NCBI GenBank assembly: GCA_016432325.1
Contig: CP066684.1
Coordinates: 128,001-192,000 of the forward strand
DNA: 64,000 nt
From: Candidatus Aenigmatarchaeota archaeon
GTDB lineage: Archaea; Aenigmatarchaeota; Aenigmatarchaeia; PWEA01; JACQIF01
Reading direction: 5' to 3'
Part shown: in pieces, positions 8,910 to 17,771 of the stretch
Numbering within the stretch: the first letter of the stretch is position 1
Layout of the letters: the number at the start of each line of letters is the position of its first letter
The notes under the pieces: generated by a model
What the model saw: only the letters and a program-made list of their open reading frames with translations
Databases searched by the model: none
What the model was told of the DNA's origin: nothing
Translations under genes and position numbers: made by a program

Positions 8910-9731
8910 GTGATCCACCGGTACCTCGGAGAAGCGACGCAGGAGATAGCCAAAGCGACGCGCGCGAACACACTCGTCTTCATAAGCAAGTTCGGCAGCG
9001 CGGACGAGAAGGTTCCCATAAAGCTCATCGTCGTGAGGGAGGTTGGCACGACCGTCCGCCGCGAGTCGCGAACCCTTGAAATCAAGAGACTGCCGCCGAC
9101 GTCGATAATGCAGATTCGCCAGATAGTTCTCGAGGCCGTCAACCAGAAGCTGTTGCATCCCGGCGAGAAGGTATTCTGCATCGCCGATTCTTCTTTGGGA
9201 GAGGGCTTTGAAGGACTGATGTTCATCTTCACGATAAACGACGAGTTCATGGCTTTCACGACGCGCGACCTGCAGGAAAAGGTCGAGAGTTCCGTGTTCA
9301 ACTCCGTCTTGGCCGTTGCGAAGGAACTGGCACGCGAGGGGCGCGAAGGCAGGAAGATAGGAACGGCCTTTTTGATAGGCGATCACGAGAGCGTGATGGC
9401 CAAGAGCAAGCAGCTCGTACTCAACCCGTTCTCCGGCCACCCCATGGAACTGCGCAACGTCAGCGATCCGCGTTTCAAGGAGACCCTGAAGGAGTTCAGC
9501 CAGATAGACGGTGTGTTCGTTATAGACAACGAGGGGTTCGTCCACGCCGCCGGGCGCTACTTAAACGCCGATATAGGGCTCGTGAACTTCCCCGGGCTGG
9601 GAACGCGCCACCACGCCTGCGCGTCGATGACAAAGATGACGTCAAGCGTAGGTGTCGTTGTTTCAGAGAGCGGCGGGACAGTCCGCGTCTTCAAGGGTGG
9701 GAACCTGATTCTCGAGGAACGCGTGAACTAG
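8910..9731 (+). CDS. dacZ: Diadenylate cyclase (DisA_N domain, archaeal DacZ-like)
   Basis: EGREGRKIGTAFLIGD, LNPF.GH, KEFSQIDGVF, GLGTRH, VSESGG; start uncertain. Confidence 0.85.
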   Translation: MIHRYLGEATQEIAKATRANTLVFISKFGSADEKVPIKLIVVREVGTTVRRESRTLEIKRLPPTSIMQIRQIVLEAVNQKLLHPGEKVFCIADSSLGEGFEGLMFIFTINDEFMAFTTRDLQEKVESSVFNSVLAVAKELAREGREGRKIGTAFLIGDHESVMAKSKQLVLNPFSGHPMELRNVSDPRFKETLKEFSQIDGVFVIDNEGFVHAAGRYLNADIGLVNFPGLGTRHHACASMTKMTSSVGVVVSESGGTVRVFKGGNLILEERVN

Positions 9732-10120
9732 GCAGCTGCCTTGTTCGCCGCGTACCGATGCCGCTCGTGGGCGTCCCTCAATTCGAAGAACTCATCAGGG
9801 ACGGGGAGCTTCCCTTCAATAAGGTGGCGCTGCAGCTCCTCGATGCAGTCCGCAGTTACCCAAGGTTCGACGTGCGAGAGGCCTTGCCTGCCGACATCGA
9901 GCTGGTAGTCTACGGCCTTCTGGTAGGCTCGCATATTAAGCTCCTGAAGTTCGGGAATGGCTATGCCGGTCTGCGCGGATAGTTGTTCGGCCTTCTCCAG
10001 CGTCGTGAGTATCGTGTCCGTGGCGTATGGCGCGTCCAAAAGGCGCTTGGCTGAAGAAAGGTAGTCGTTTAGTCGTCTCTCTGCGTTTCTCAGTTCCTTG
10101 CTTTTCCTGTTCCCCCACAT
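9728..10120 (-). CDS. Hypothetical protein
   Basis: 130-aa helical ORF with GGGG SD-like element upstream. Confidence 0.6.
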   Translation of the reverse strand: MWGNRKSKELRNAERRLNDYLSSAKRLLDAPYATDTILTTLEKAEQLSAQTGIAIPELQELNMRAYQKAVDYQLDVGRQGLSHVEPWVTADCIEELQRHLIEGKLPVPDEFFELRDAHERHRYAANKAAA

Positions 10121-10138
10121 GCCAATCCCCCGATTAAC

Positions 10139-10348
10139 CTAGTCCCTTATGCTCGATGCGACCGTTATCCAGAACAGCCCTCCGATGAGTATCAGTATGA
10201 AGGCGAGGAGAACGGACCCGGCGAAGCTCGCTGGCGTCGCTCCAAGAACGTCCGGCGTGGCCTGCCCTCCTATCATGGCTCCGAAGAGTACGAGGAACGC
10301 GCCTATGACCCAAAAGAGTATCGGTCTTGCGCTTGTCAGACCCGCCAT
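10139..10348 (-). CDS. Small two-TM membrane protein
   Basis: Two hydrophobic helices; TATA about 25 nt upstream. Confidence 0.7.
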   Translation of the reverse strand: MAGLTSARPILFWVIGAFLVLFGAMIGGQATPDVLGATPASFAGSVLLAFILILIGGLFWITVASSIRD

Positions 10349-10439
10349 GCGCTACGTACGCTTGGCGGCTATATAAACTTTGGTAGCGGCCCTTAATGGT
10401 ACAGGCTTCCCGCATGGGGCCCGAGGAGACATGCGTTAA

Positions 10440-11768
10440 ATGTTGGAAAAGCTGGGTTCGGCCCTGAAGGGTGTGATGGACAAGCTCCTGAAGAAGGGCT
10501 ACGTCGACGCGGACGTGCTGGACGAGGTGGCGAAGGACATCCAGCGGTCACTGCTCGCTTCTGACGTGGAAGTGAAGCTCGTCTTTGAGCTCACAAAGAC
10601 TATAAAAGACCGCTCCCTGAAGGAGAAACCGCCTGCGGGCGTCACGCAGCGCGAACACGTCGTGCGCGTCGTTTACGACGAACTTGTGTCGTTCCTTGGC
10701 AAAGAAGCGAAGCCGCTGCCTGTACAGAGGACAAAAATCCTGCTCGTCGGCCTGTTTGGTTCGGGCAAAACGACGACCGCCGGCAAGCTCGCCAAATACT
10801 ACCAGAGGAAGGGGCTCCGGCCCGTTCTCGTGGCGTGCGACACGTTCCGTCCTGCTGCTTATGAACAGCTCGTGCAGATTGGAAGCACGCTCGGCGTACC
10901 GGTAATCGGGGAGCCCGGAGAGAAAGACTCTTCAAAAGTTCTGCAAAACGCGCTCAAGCAGACGTCCAAGTATGACGTCGTTATAGTCGACTCCTCCGGC
11001 CGCGACGCTCTTGATGGAGAGATGATAAACGAGGTCAAGAAGCTCAACGCGATTCTTGCCGCCGAAGAGAGGCTGATGGTCATACCCGCAGACCTCGGAC
11101 AGCAGGCCGGCCCGCAGGCCCGCGCGTTCCGCGACGCGCTGGGCATAACAGGCGTCATCGTGACAAAGATGGACGGCACGGCCAAGGGCGGAGGAGCGCT
11201 CTCGGCTTGCGCTGCCACAGGGGCGCCTGTGCGTCTCATAGGCGTCGGCGAGAAGCTGGACGCTCTTGAAGAATACGACCCCAAGCGGTTCGTATCGCGT
11301 CTCATCGGCTTCGGGGATCTGGAAGGCCTGCTTGAACGCGCGAAAGAGATGAAGATAGACGAAGCGCAGGCGCAGAAGCTCGTAACAGGCGAATTCACAT
11401 TGGACGAGTTCTACAACCAGATAAAGCAGGTCAAGGGCGCCGGCTCTCTTGCCCAGATGGCAGAGATGATACCCGGGATAGGAAAACTGATAGGAACGAA
11501 GATACCGAAGGAAGAGCTTGAGAGGCAGGAGGCGCGCATGGAGCGCTTCGGCCACATAATCGGTTCTATGACGCCTCAGGAGAAGAAAACCCCTGAAGTT
11601 CTGAACGCCTCGCGCATCAAGCGCATCGCCGCCGGTTCGGGTTCATCGGAGCAGGACGTCCGCGAGCTTTTGAAGATGTTCGAGCAGAGCAGGAAGATGA
11701 TGAAGACCATGGGCAAGGGCGGCAAACAGATGAAGGCCCTTATGAAACAGTTCGGGATGAAGATGTGA
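10440..11768 (+). CDS. srp54: Signal recognition particle protein SRP54
   Basis: GLFGSGKTTT, DTFRPAA, DSSGR, TKMDG.AKGGG and Met-rich M domain. Confidence 0.97.
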   Translation: MLEKLGSALKGVMDKLLKKGYVDADVLDEVAKDIQRSLLASDVEVKLVFELTKTIKDRSLKEKPPAGVTQREHVVRVVYDELVSFLGKEAKPLPVQRTKILLVGLFGSGKTTTAGKLAKYYQRKGLRPVLVACDTFRPAAYEQLVQIGSTLGVPVIGEPGEKDSSKVLQNALKQTSKYDVVIVDSSGRDALDGEMINEVKKLNAILAAEERLMVIPADLGQQAGPQARAFRDALGITGVIVTKMDGTAKGGGALSACAATGAPVRLIGVGEKLDALEEYDPKRFVSRLIGFGDLEGLLERAKEMKIDEAQAQKLVTGEFTLDEFYNQIKQVKGAGSLAQMAEMIPGIGKLIGTKIPKEELERQEARMERFGHIIGSMTPQEKKTPEVLNASRIKRIAAGSGSSEQDVRELLKMFEQSRKMMKTMGKGGKQMKALMKQFGMKM

Positions 11769-11856
11769 TGCGATGGTCGAACGGGTCCACAAAAAATAAG
11801 TGTTCGGGCACCCATTTCTATTTATAGCGGAACGGCGACCATACCGCTAGAGCACC

Positions 11857-12888
11857 ATGTACCCGGAAAACCAGATTATCAAGGATGCGCGCGTCCTCAC
11901 GGAGCACTTCATTCCGTCACGCGTCGGCCACAGGGACGGCCAGATTTCCACGCTGCGCGACTGCCTTCTTCCGATAACGCACAAGAAACAGATGAGGAAC
12001 GTTTTCCTGTACGGCCCGCCGGGTTCGGGGAAGACGTGTCTCGGACGCTACGTCTGCGAAGAGCTGACGGCGCACACGCCCACTGCCGCGTACGTATACG
12101 TGAACGTCTGGAAGCACCCGTCGAGGTTCAAGATTCTGCTTTCCGTTGTCAACGCGTTAGGCGTCGTGCTGTCCGTTCACCGCAAAGGAACACCAACCGA
12201 CGAGCTTCTGGATGCCCTGCGCAAGAAGGCCAAGGACCGTTACGTCGTGGTTATCCTAGATGAGATAGACAAGGCCGAGGACGCGAACGTACTCTATGAC
12301 ATCCTCGAGACAGCCAACGTGGGTCTCGTGCTTATCTCGAACGAAGCGACCGCACTCCATTCAGCAGACCAGCGGATACGTTCTCGGCTCTCGTCCGCCG
12401 AATACATAGAGTTCTACGGCTACAAGGATGACGAACTCGCAGACATCCTCAAAGACCGCGCGGAATGGGGGCTGGTTCCCGGCGTGGTCAAAAGAAGCCA
12501 GTTTGACACGATAGCCGAGCACGCGAACGGAGACGCACGGGTTGCTATCGATACGCTCCGCGTCGCTGCAGAGATAGCCGAGAATGCGGACGCCGCGAAG
12601 ATAACGGACGCGCACATACAGAAGGCCCTGCCGCGCGCGGCCGTTCTGTCAGACGCGAAGAAGCTGGAGATGCTCAACGTCCACCAGAAGGTCCTCTATG
12701 ATGTGATAAGCAAGCGCGGCAGCGTGGAGTCCACGGTCCTCTACCAGGAATACGAGCGCGCGATGCGTTCGCAGAAACTGGAGCCCATGGTTGAACGGAC
12801 GCTGCGCAAGTACATGGACCGTCTTGTCGTTTCTGGAATGGTCGAGGCGAAAGGAGACGGTAGATGGAGGACGTACGCGAAGAGCTAG
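11857..12888 (+). CDS. cdc6: Orc1/Cdc6 replication initiator
   Basis: GPPGSGKT, ILDEID, RIRSRL, GDARVAID and C-terminal winged helix. Confidence 0.92.
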   Translation: MYPENQIIKDARVLTEHFIPSRVGHRDGQISTLRDCLLPITHKKQMRNVFLYGPPGSGKTCLGRYVCEELTAHTPTAAYVYVNVWKHPSRFKILLSVVNALGVVLSVHRKGTPTDELLDALRKKAKDRYVVVILDEIDKAEDANVLYDILETANVGLVLISNEATALHSADQRIRSRLSSAEYIEFYGYKDDELADILKDRAEWGLVPGVVKRSQFDTIAEHANGDARVAIDTLRVAAEIAENADAAKITDAHIQKALPRAAVLSDAKKLEMLNVHQKVLYDVISKRGSVESTVLYQEYERAMRSQKLEPMVERTLRKYMDRLVVSGMVEAKGDGRWRTYAKS

Positions 12889-13439
12889 TCAAGCCCGGTC
12901 AGCTTCAGGACAAGAGCTGTTGGGTCGGCATCCCTGACAATCCGCGATTTGCTTTCTTTGTTTGCGGCCTTTAACAGGACATCGATCGCTTCCTCCGTTA
13001 TCCCGCCGCTTCCTTCAAGAACACCTATGTCCCGTTCCATGTCGTATAGTAACGTGAACTCGTTCATCGTGCCAATCCTGCCGCCCATTATGATACCTGC
13101 ATCAACGGCCGCGACAGACGAGACGTTCCTGTATTTCTTGCAGGCCCGTGGGTCGTCCACGTGCATCCAATCTGCCGGTATGTATACCAATTCTGTGAAT
13201 CCTTCTATAGGGAATTTAAATCTCTCCACGTGATCTTTCATGTCTATACCAGGCGAATAACCTATCACCTTTCCGCCAATTTCGCCGGCTCCTATAACGG
13301 CGTCTTGAGGCAGCCCATGGCACGCTCCAGTAACAAGCGTATGCCCCCGCGAAGCCACTTCCCTTCCTATGGCTCTAGCCTTCTGTTTTACATCATCTCC
13401 AATCGAACCGGCGGCAGAACCATACGCTCCGATTTTCAT
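12885..13439 (-). CDS. LOG/SLOG-family nucleotide-binding protein
   Basis: A..IGRE.A..GH.LVTGAC.GLP, YRN and GGRIGTMNEF; start reassigned to 13439. Confidence 0.8.
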   Translation of the reverse strand: MKIGAYGSAAGSIGDDVKQKARAIGREVASRGHTLVTGACHGLPQDAVIGAGEIGGKVIGYSPGIDMKDHVERFKFPIEGFTELVYIPADWMHVDDPRACKKYRNVSSVAAVDAGIIMGGRIGTMNEFTLLYDMERDIGVLEGSGGITEEAIDVLLKAANKESKSRIVRDADPTALVLKLTGLD

Positions 13440-13447
13440 AAAAACAC

Positions 13448-14509
13448 CTAAGCCTTGGCGCCGAACTCCTTCATGTACGTCTTGAAGTCGTCCATAGCAC
13501 GGTCGTCTATGCGTTTGCTCTCGTGGGCGAACTCGAATATCTCTTCTGCAGTGACTATCCAGCTTAGCGGCGCGAGACCGTGCTCTTCCAGAGCTTCGGG
13601 GACGGTTTTCCCGGTTTCGTCGACTTCGCCGCGATAGACCGCGACGTGCACGCCAGCCCATTCGGCCTTTGGGTAGCGTTTCTCTACCTTGTGCTTGCTT
13701 TCGCGTTTCGCTTTTCCTGTGGTGATGACGTCGTCGAAGGCCCGCAGCCTCTCGCCGTCGCCTACGTGGCCGAAGACGCTGCCTATGGACTCAAGATGGC
13801 CGTCTACCACAAGCGCGCGATCGTTCTCTTCTAAGCGGCCGACAAAGCTTGATTCGCCGCTCACACCGTGCGTCTTCGCGCTTACGCGGTCGTACACGAA
13901 CCTTATGTCGACATTGTCGCGTCCAGCTATCTCTCGCGCGAGCAGAGCGGCCGGTCCTATTCCTCCGTATGCCTTGCCTACTATGACGTCTACGTCATCT
14001 GGGCTGTAGTTGCGCACGAACCTTCCGTAGAGGTCATTCGCCAGAGCAACGGCAGACACGCTGTTGCACTCCGTGTGTTTGAGCGTCCCGGCGTCAAGCG
14101 TGTCCAGAATCTTTATGCCCGGTTTCTCGTGGCGCAGTTTGACGCCAATCAGCGCGTCTTGGCTTATCTGTACGGGCCCTTCCTTGAAATCGAAGGCGTA
14201 TTTCATCGCAGCACGGTCTAATCTCCAAGATTCGGCAGCGATAAGAGGAACGAGCGGGATGCCCTTCATCGCAGGACCGTGTGCTACTATATCATCGTTA
14301 TCTGAGGGTATTACAGACCCCGCATAAGCCTCCGCCGTTTGCCAGAGCCTCTTCCCCGAATCCATGGCCGTGGCCATGTTGACAAAGTAAGGAGACATGC
14401 GGCCGGACTTGAGCTTGAAGTAGTGCTCGCGATCAGGCGCAATTTTCACGGCATTCCATTCGAGCAGATTGCTTATGAATTCTTCCTGGAAGCGTTCCAT
14501 CCTATGCAC
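13448..14509 (-). CDS. pyrE: Orotate phosphoribosyltransferase with internal duplication
   Basis: FKLKSGRMSPYFVN, GPAMKGIP, DDVITTG; coupled to pyrF. Confidence 0.85.
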   Translation of the reverse strand: MHRMERFQEEFISNLLEWNAVKIAPDREHYFKLKSGRMSPYFVNMATAMDSGKRLWQTAEAYAGSVIPSDNDDIVAHGPAMKGIPLVPLIAAESWRLDRAAMKYAFDFKEGPVQISQDALIGVKLRHEKPGIKILDTLDAGTLKHTECNSVSAVALANDLYGRFVRNYSPDDVDVIVGKAYGGIGPAALLAREIAGRDNVDIRFVYDRVSAKTHGVSGESSFVGRLEENDRALVVDGHLESIGSVFGHVGDGERLRAFDDVITTGKAKRESKHKVEKRYPKAEWAGVHVAVYRGEVDETGKTVPEALEEHGLAPLSWIVTAEEIFEFAHESKRIDDRAMDDFKTYMKEFGAKA

Positions 14510-15251
14510 CTCTTATCGTTTCGCACAGCTCCTTGGCCGCGGTGTGTATGTCTTCTTCTGCTACCTTGCTCGGGTCCTTTGCGCCGCCGGGCGCATAGAT
14601 TCCAGAACCTACAATCGCGTGCCAGCGGTCGCCGGCGGCTTTTGCCGTGTCTTCTATCTTGCCTTTCTGTTTGACGAAGCCCGGAGCCATCAGCTCGACT
14701 TGCCCATCGCAAGCCTCTTCGAGAAGCGCTCTGTAACCCGCGACCTTTTCAGGCTTGTTGCCGGGAACGACGAACGAGCGCACGCCTTTTCGCGTGGCGA
14801 TTCTGTACATTTGTTGAGGCGCGGTTTCTGCTATGTATCCGCCTTCAGGTTCCAGATATTCCGGATGCGTCATCTCTCCGCCGACGATTACGCCGACTCC
14901 TGCGGCTTGCAAGGCCTTTATCCATTCTTCTTCTGTCGCGGGACCGGCCTGCGGGAATAGGATTGCAGCGTTCACGCCCGACGTTTTCATGCGTCGTGCG
15001 AAGTTCTTGCCTGTGTCAGGAATGTCAGTCCCGGCCTTCTGGTGGTCGTAGATGACAGGAAGGTCCGTGAATTCACGAACCACACCCACGACAGCGGGCA
15101 GGCCATGGCCCAAGCCAAGATCGAATCCAACCTTGTACGCGCTTATGCCCTCCACGTCGTGCGTCGCGCGTACGAGCTTGCGGAAATCTTCTAACGTGGA
15201 AACGTCACAGGCCGGAATTATGGAACGTTCGGCTTTAATGACAAAAGACAT
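14502..15251 (-). CDS. pyrF: Orotidine-5'-phosphate decarboxylase
   Basis: IIPACD, YKVG, IYDHQKAGTDIPDT, MTHP, PG..Q.G, IVG.GIY. Confidence 0.92.
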   Translation of the reverse strand: MSFVIKAERSIIPACDVSTLEDFRKLVRATHDVEGISAYKVGFDLGLGHGLPAVVGVVREFTDLPVIYDHQKAGTDIPDTGKNFARRMKTSGVNAAILFPQAGPATEEEWIKALQAAGVGVIVGGEMTHPEYLEPEGGYIAETAPQQMYRIATRKGVRSFVVPGNKPEKVAGYRALLEEACDGQVELMAPGFVKQKGKIEDTAKAAGDRWHAIVGSGIYAPGGAKDPSKVAEEDIHTAAKELCETIRGA

Positions 15252-15344
15252 GGGTTCTATGAAGACAAGAAAGTATTTATACCATCAAACGCGCGGCTCG
15301 TGAAAGAAAAATAAAAGGAGAAAAAGAAACGTTGCGCATGCGCA

Positions 15345-15617
15345 CTACTTCTTCATCGCGGCGCTGTACACCACGTACAAGAACGCTATCAAGAGCAGCG
15401 CTTCCTGTATCACGTGAGCGGCTCCTGCCGTAACAATGCCGAGATTCAGGTGCACCGTCAGGTAGATGAGCTCTGTAACGGCCCATAGCCCGAACACGAC
15501 TGTCCAGAGTCCCTGCTTGTTGTTCGACGCCCAGTAGGCTCCGTAGAGACCGACCAGAAGAGCGATTACGTGCACGGCCTGATACGCCATGTCAGGAAGT
15601 ACCAAATCAAATGCCAT
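15345..15617 (-). CDS. Small three-TM membrane protein
   Basis: GGAGGTGA SD before ATG 15617; T-rich tract downstream. Confidence 0.75.
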   Translation of the reverse strand: MAFDLVLPDMAYQAVHVIALLVGLYGAYWASNNKQGLWTVVFGLWAVTELIYLTVHLNLGIVTAGAAHVIQEALLLIAFLYVVYSAAMKK

Positions 15618-15813
15618 CAATTCACCTCCTTTGAAGTTTTCGAGGTGAGGAGGCACGAAGAGTTCATCCACATCAACAAAATTGAGGCAGACTCGTATTT
15701 AAGACTTTTGGAGGCGTTTGCGCGACCCCGCGACAGAAAGGAGGCCTTATGGCGCTCGCCTACCGGAACGGCACCAGCAAACGCTTTTAATACCCTTGGC
15801 GTCAACCGTAGCC

Positions 15814-17022
15814 ATGCTCTACTCGCATTCGCGGCTCGCCACGTTCGAGCAGTGTCCTCTGAAGTTCAAGTTTCACTACATCGACGGGCTGGAACCTCCG
15901 GACGAAGAGCAGACAATAGAGGCTTTCTTAGGCGACCTCGTCCACCGCACGCTCGAGAAGCTGTACAAAGACATGAAATTCCAGAAGACGAACACGCTCG
16001 AAGACGTGCTTGCGTACTATCACGGACTCTGGGAAAAGGAGTGGAACTCGGAGATACGCATAGTGAAGAAAGACTACAAAGAAGAAAACTACAAAAAGAT
16101 GGGCGACGTCTTCATACGCGCGTATTATGCCCGTCACGAGCCGTTCAACCACACGAAGACGCTCGGTCTGGAGCATCGCATCGTCATAGCGCTGGACGGC
16201 GGCTACCAGTTGCAAGGCTACATAGACCGTCTCTCATACGACCCGAAAACGGATACGTACGAAGTGCACGACTACAAGACCGCATCCAATCTTCCAATGA
16301 ACGAACAGCTCGTCGCGGATCGGCAACTGGCTCTTTACTCCATAGCCGTGCGCGAAGCGTATCGCACGAATCGCGTCAAGCTCATCTGGCACTTCCTCGC
16401 GTTCGACAAGGACATGGTGATAGAGAAGACCGCTGACGAGATAGAGGAGCTGAAGAAGGACACCATACACCTCATCAAGCGCGTCGAACAGGAGAAGGAG
16501 TTCAAACCGAAAGTGAGCGCGCTTTGCGACTACTGCGAATTCCGTTCGATATGCCCCGAATGGAAGCATCTCTACAAGGTGGAAGATCTTCCTCCGAAAG
16601 AGTACACGCAAGACCGCGGCGTGCAGCTCGTGAACGCGTACGTGGAGCTTCAGGACAAGGCGAAGACCTCCACAGCAGAGCTGGAAGAGGTGAAGGCCGC
16701 GCTCACGGACTTTGCGAAGCACGAAGGCATTTCCGCTGTAGCGGGCTCCGGCCATCGCGTGCGCATAGTCACATATCCGGACATCAAGATACCGAAAGAG
16801 AAGGAGGAAGAGGTCCGCGCGCTCCTGAAGGAGTACGGCCTGTGGAACGACGTGTCGCGCGTCGACTCGTTCCGCTTGCGGGACATCATACAGTCTTATC
16901 CTTACAATCCGGAGGATCCGAACGACCGTGAATGGAAGCCGTGGCCGCAGGAGCTGGTGAAGAAGCTGGCGCGCCTACTTTCCAGAGGAGAGAACGTCCG
17001 GCTTTACGTGAACAGGCTCTAG
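15814..17022 (+). CDS. PD-(D/E)XK nuclease, RecB/Cas4-like with Fe-S cysteines (not CRISPR-associated here)
   Basis: YSHSRL..FEQCP, GYIDRL, DYKT, QLALY, LCDYCEFRSICP. Confidence 0.88.
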   Translation: MLYSHSRLATFEQCPLKFKFHYIDGLEPPDEEQTIEAFLGDLVHRTLEKLYKDMKFQKTNTLEDVLAYYHGLWEKEWNSEIRIVKKDYKEENYKKMGDVFIRAYYARHEPFNHTKTLGLEHRIVIALDGGYQLQGYIDRLSYDPKTDTYEVHDYKTASNLPMNEQLVADRQLALYSIAVREAYRTNRVKLIWHFLAFDKDMVIEKTADEIEELKKDTIHLIKRVEQEKEFKPKVSALCDYCEFRSICPEWKHLYKVEDLPPKEYTQDRGVQLVNAYVELQDKAKTSTAELEEVKAALTDFAKHEGISAVAGSGHRVRIVTYPDIKIPKEKEEEVRALLKEYGLWNDVSRVDSFRLRDIIQSYPYNPEDPNDREWKPWPQELVKKLARLLSRGENVRLYVNRL

Positions 17023-17727
17023 CTCGACAGACGGGGCGTGCCACGTGCCGGCTCCAAGAGCTTCGGCCAGCGCATGTCCCGCACACTCCGCTTCTCCGAC
17101 TGTCGCGATGAGTTCTCCGTCTTTATAATCATTCAGTCCTTCCATTGCGGGAGTCGCGTACACGAGCGCCAGTTCCAGAGCCTCCGGCGTCAGGCGTTCC
17201 CTCTCGGAGAGCCACGAGACGATGCCGTCCTTCCACCCCGGAGCCCCATCGCTGGTCCTCGGCACGATGTAATTTTTTATCAGCGCCTCGAAACGTCCTG
17301 CCCCATCTTTTGCAGGGCATTCGTGCTTCGTGGATCTGTATGAGAATGGGCCAAGACCGGTGCGCAGTATGGCTGGTCTCTCGGTGTCAATCGCCAGAAG
17401 GGTAAGGCGCATCCACTGCGTGGCAGGTCGGTATTCGATATTGAGGGCCGTGTGTTTGGCCTGCGAGAAATCCAGCTGTTCCGCCGTGTCCATTATGGCG
17501 CCGCGCTCCATCCCGCTTTGCTCCATCGCGTAAGGGTCTATGCCGCCGAAGCAGATGCCAGGCGAGGGTTCCACGAGAGCCACGTCCTTGTGCGACTCGC
17601 CAGTGTCCCTGATGAGTTTCGGCACCGTGAGGAACCCCTCGCGGAGGCGCGACACGACGCAGTCCTCTCCCAACCTTCTCCCAAACTTTATTGGCTCCGC
17701 AGGGCGGTATGCCCGTATGGTGCGCAT
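16975..17727 (-). CDS. Hypothetical protein
   Basis: Long ORF; TATA (TTTATAA) about 25 nt upstream of ATG 17727. Confidence 0.55.
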   Translation of the reverse strand: MRTIRAYRPAEPIKFGRRLGEDCVVSRLREGFLTVPKLIRDTGESHKDVALVEPSPGICFGGIDPYAMEQSGMERGAIMDTAEQLDFSQAKHTALNIEYRPATQWMRLTLLAIDTERPAILRTGLGPFSYRSTKHECPAKDGAGRFEALIKNYIVPRTSDGAPGWKDGIVSWLSERERLTPEALELALVYATPAMEGLNDYKDGELIATVGEAECAGHALAEALGAGTWHAPSVELEPVHVKPDVLSSGK

Positions 17728-17771
17728 GGTAACGCGTGGCGCAGAAAAGGTTATAAACCTTACGCTCTGCT

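Noticed and set aside
11769-11856. Replication origin next to cdc6
   Set aside because: The spacer is under 90 nt, with no repeated ORB (TCCAGTGGAA plus G-string) and no extended AT-rich unwinding element
15814-17022. CRISPR-Cas locus
   Set aside because: The Cas4-like gene is alone; no cas1/cas2 and no repeat-spacer array were seen in the window
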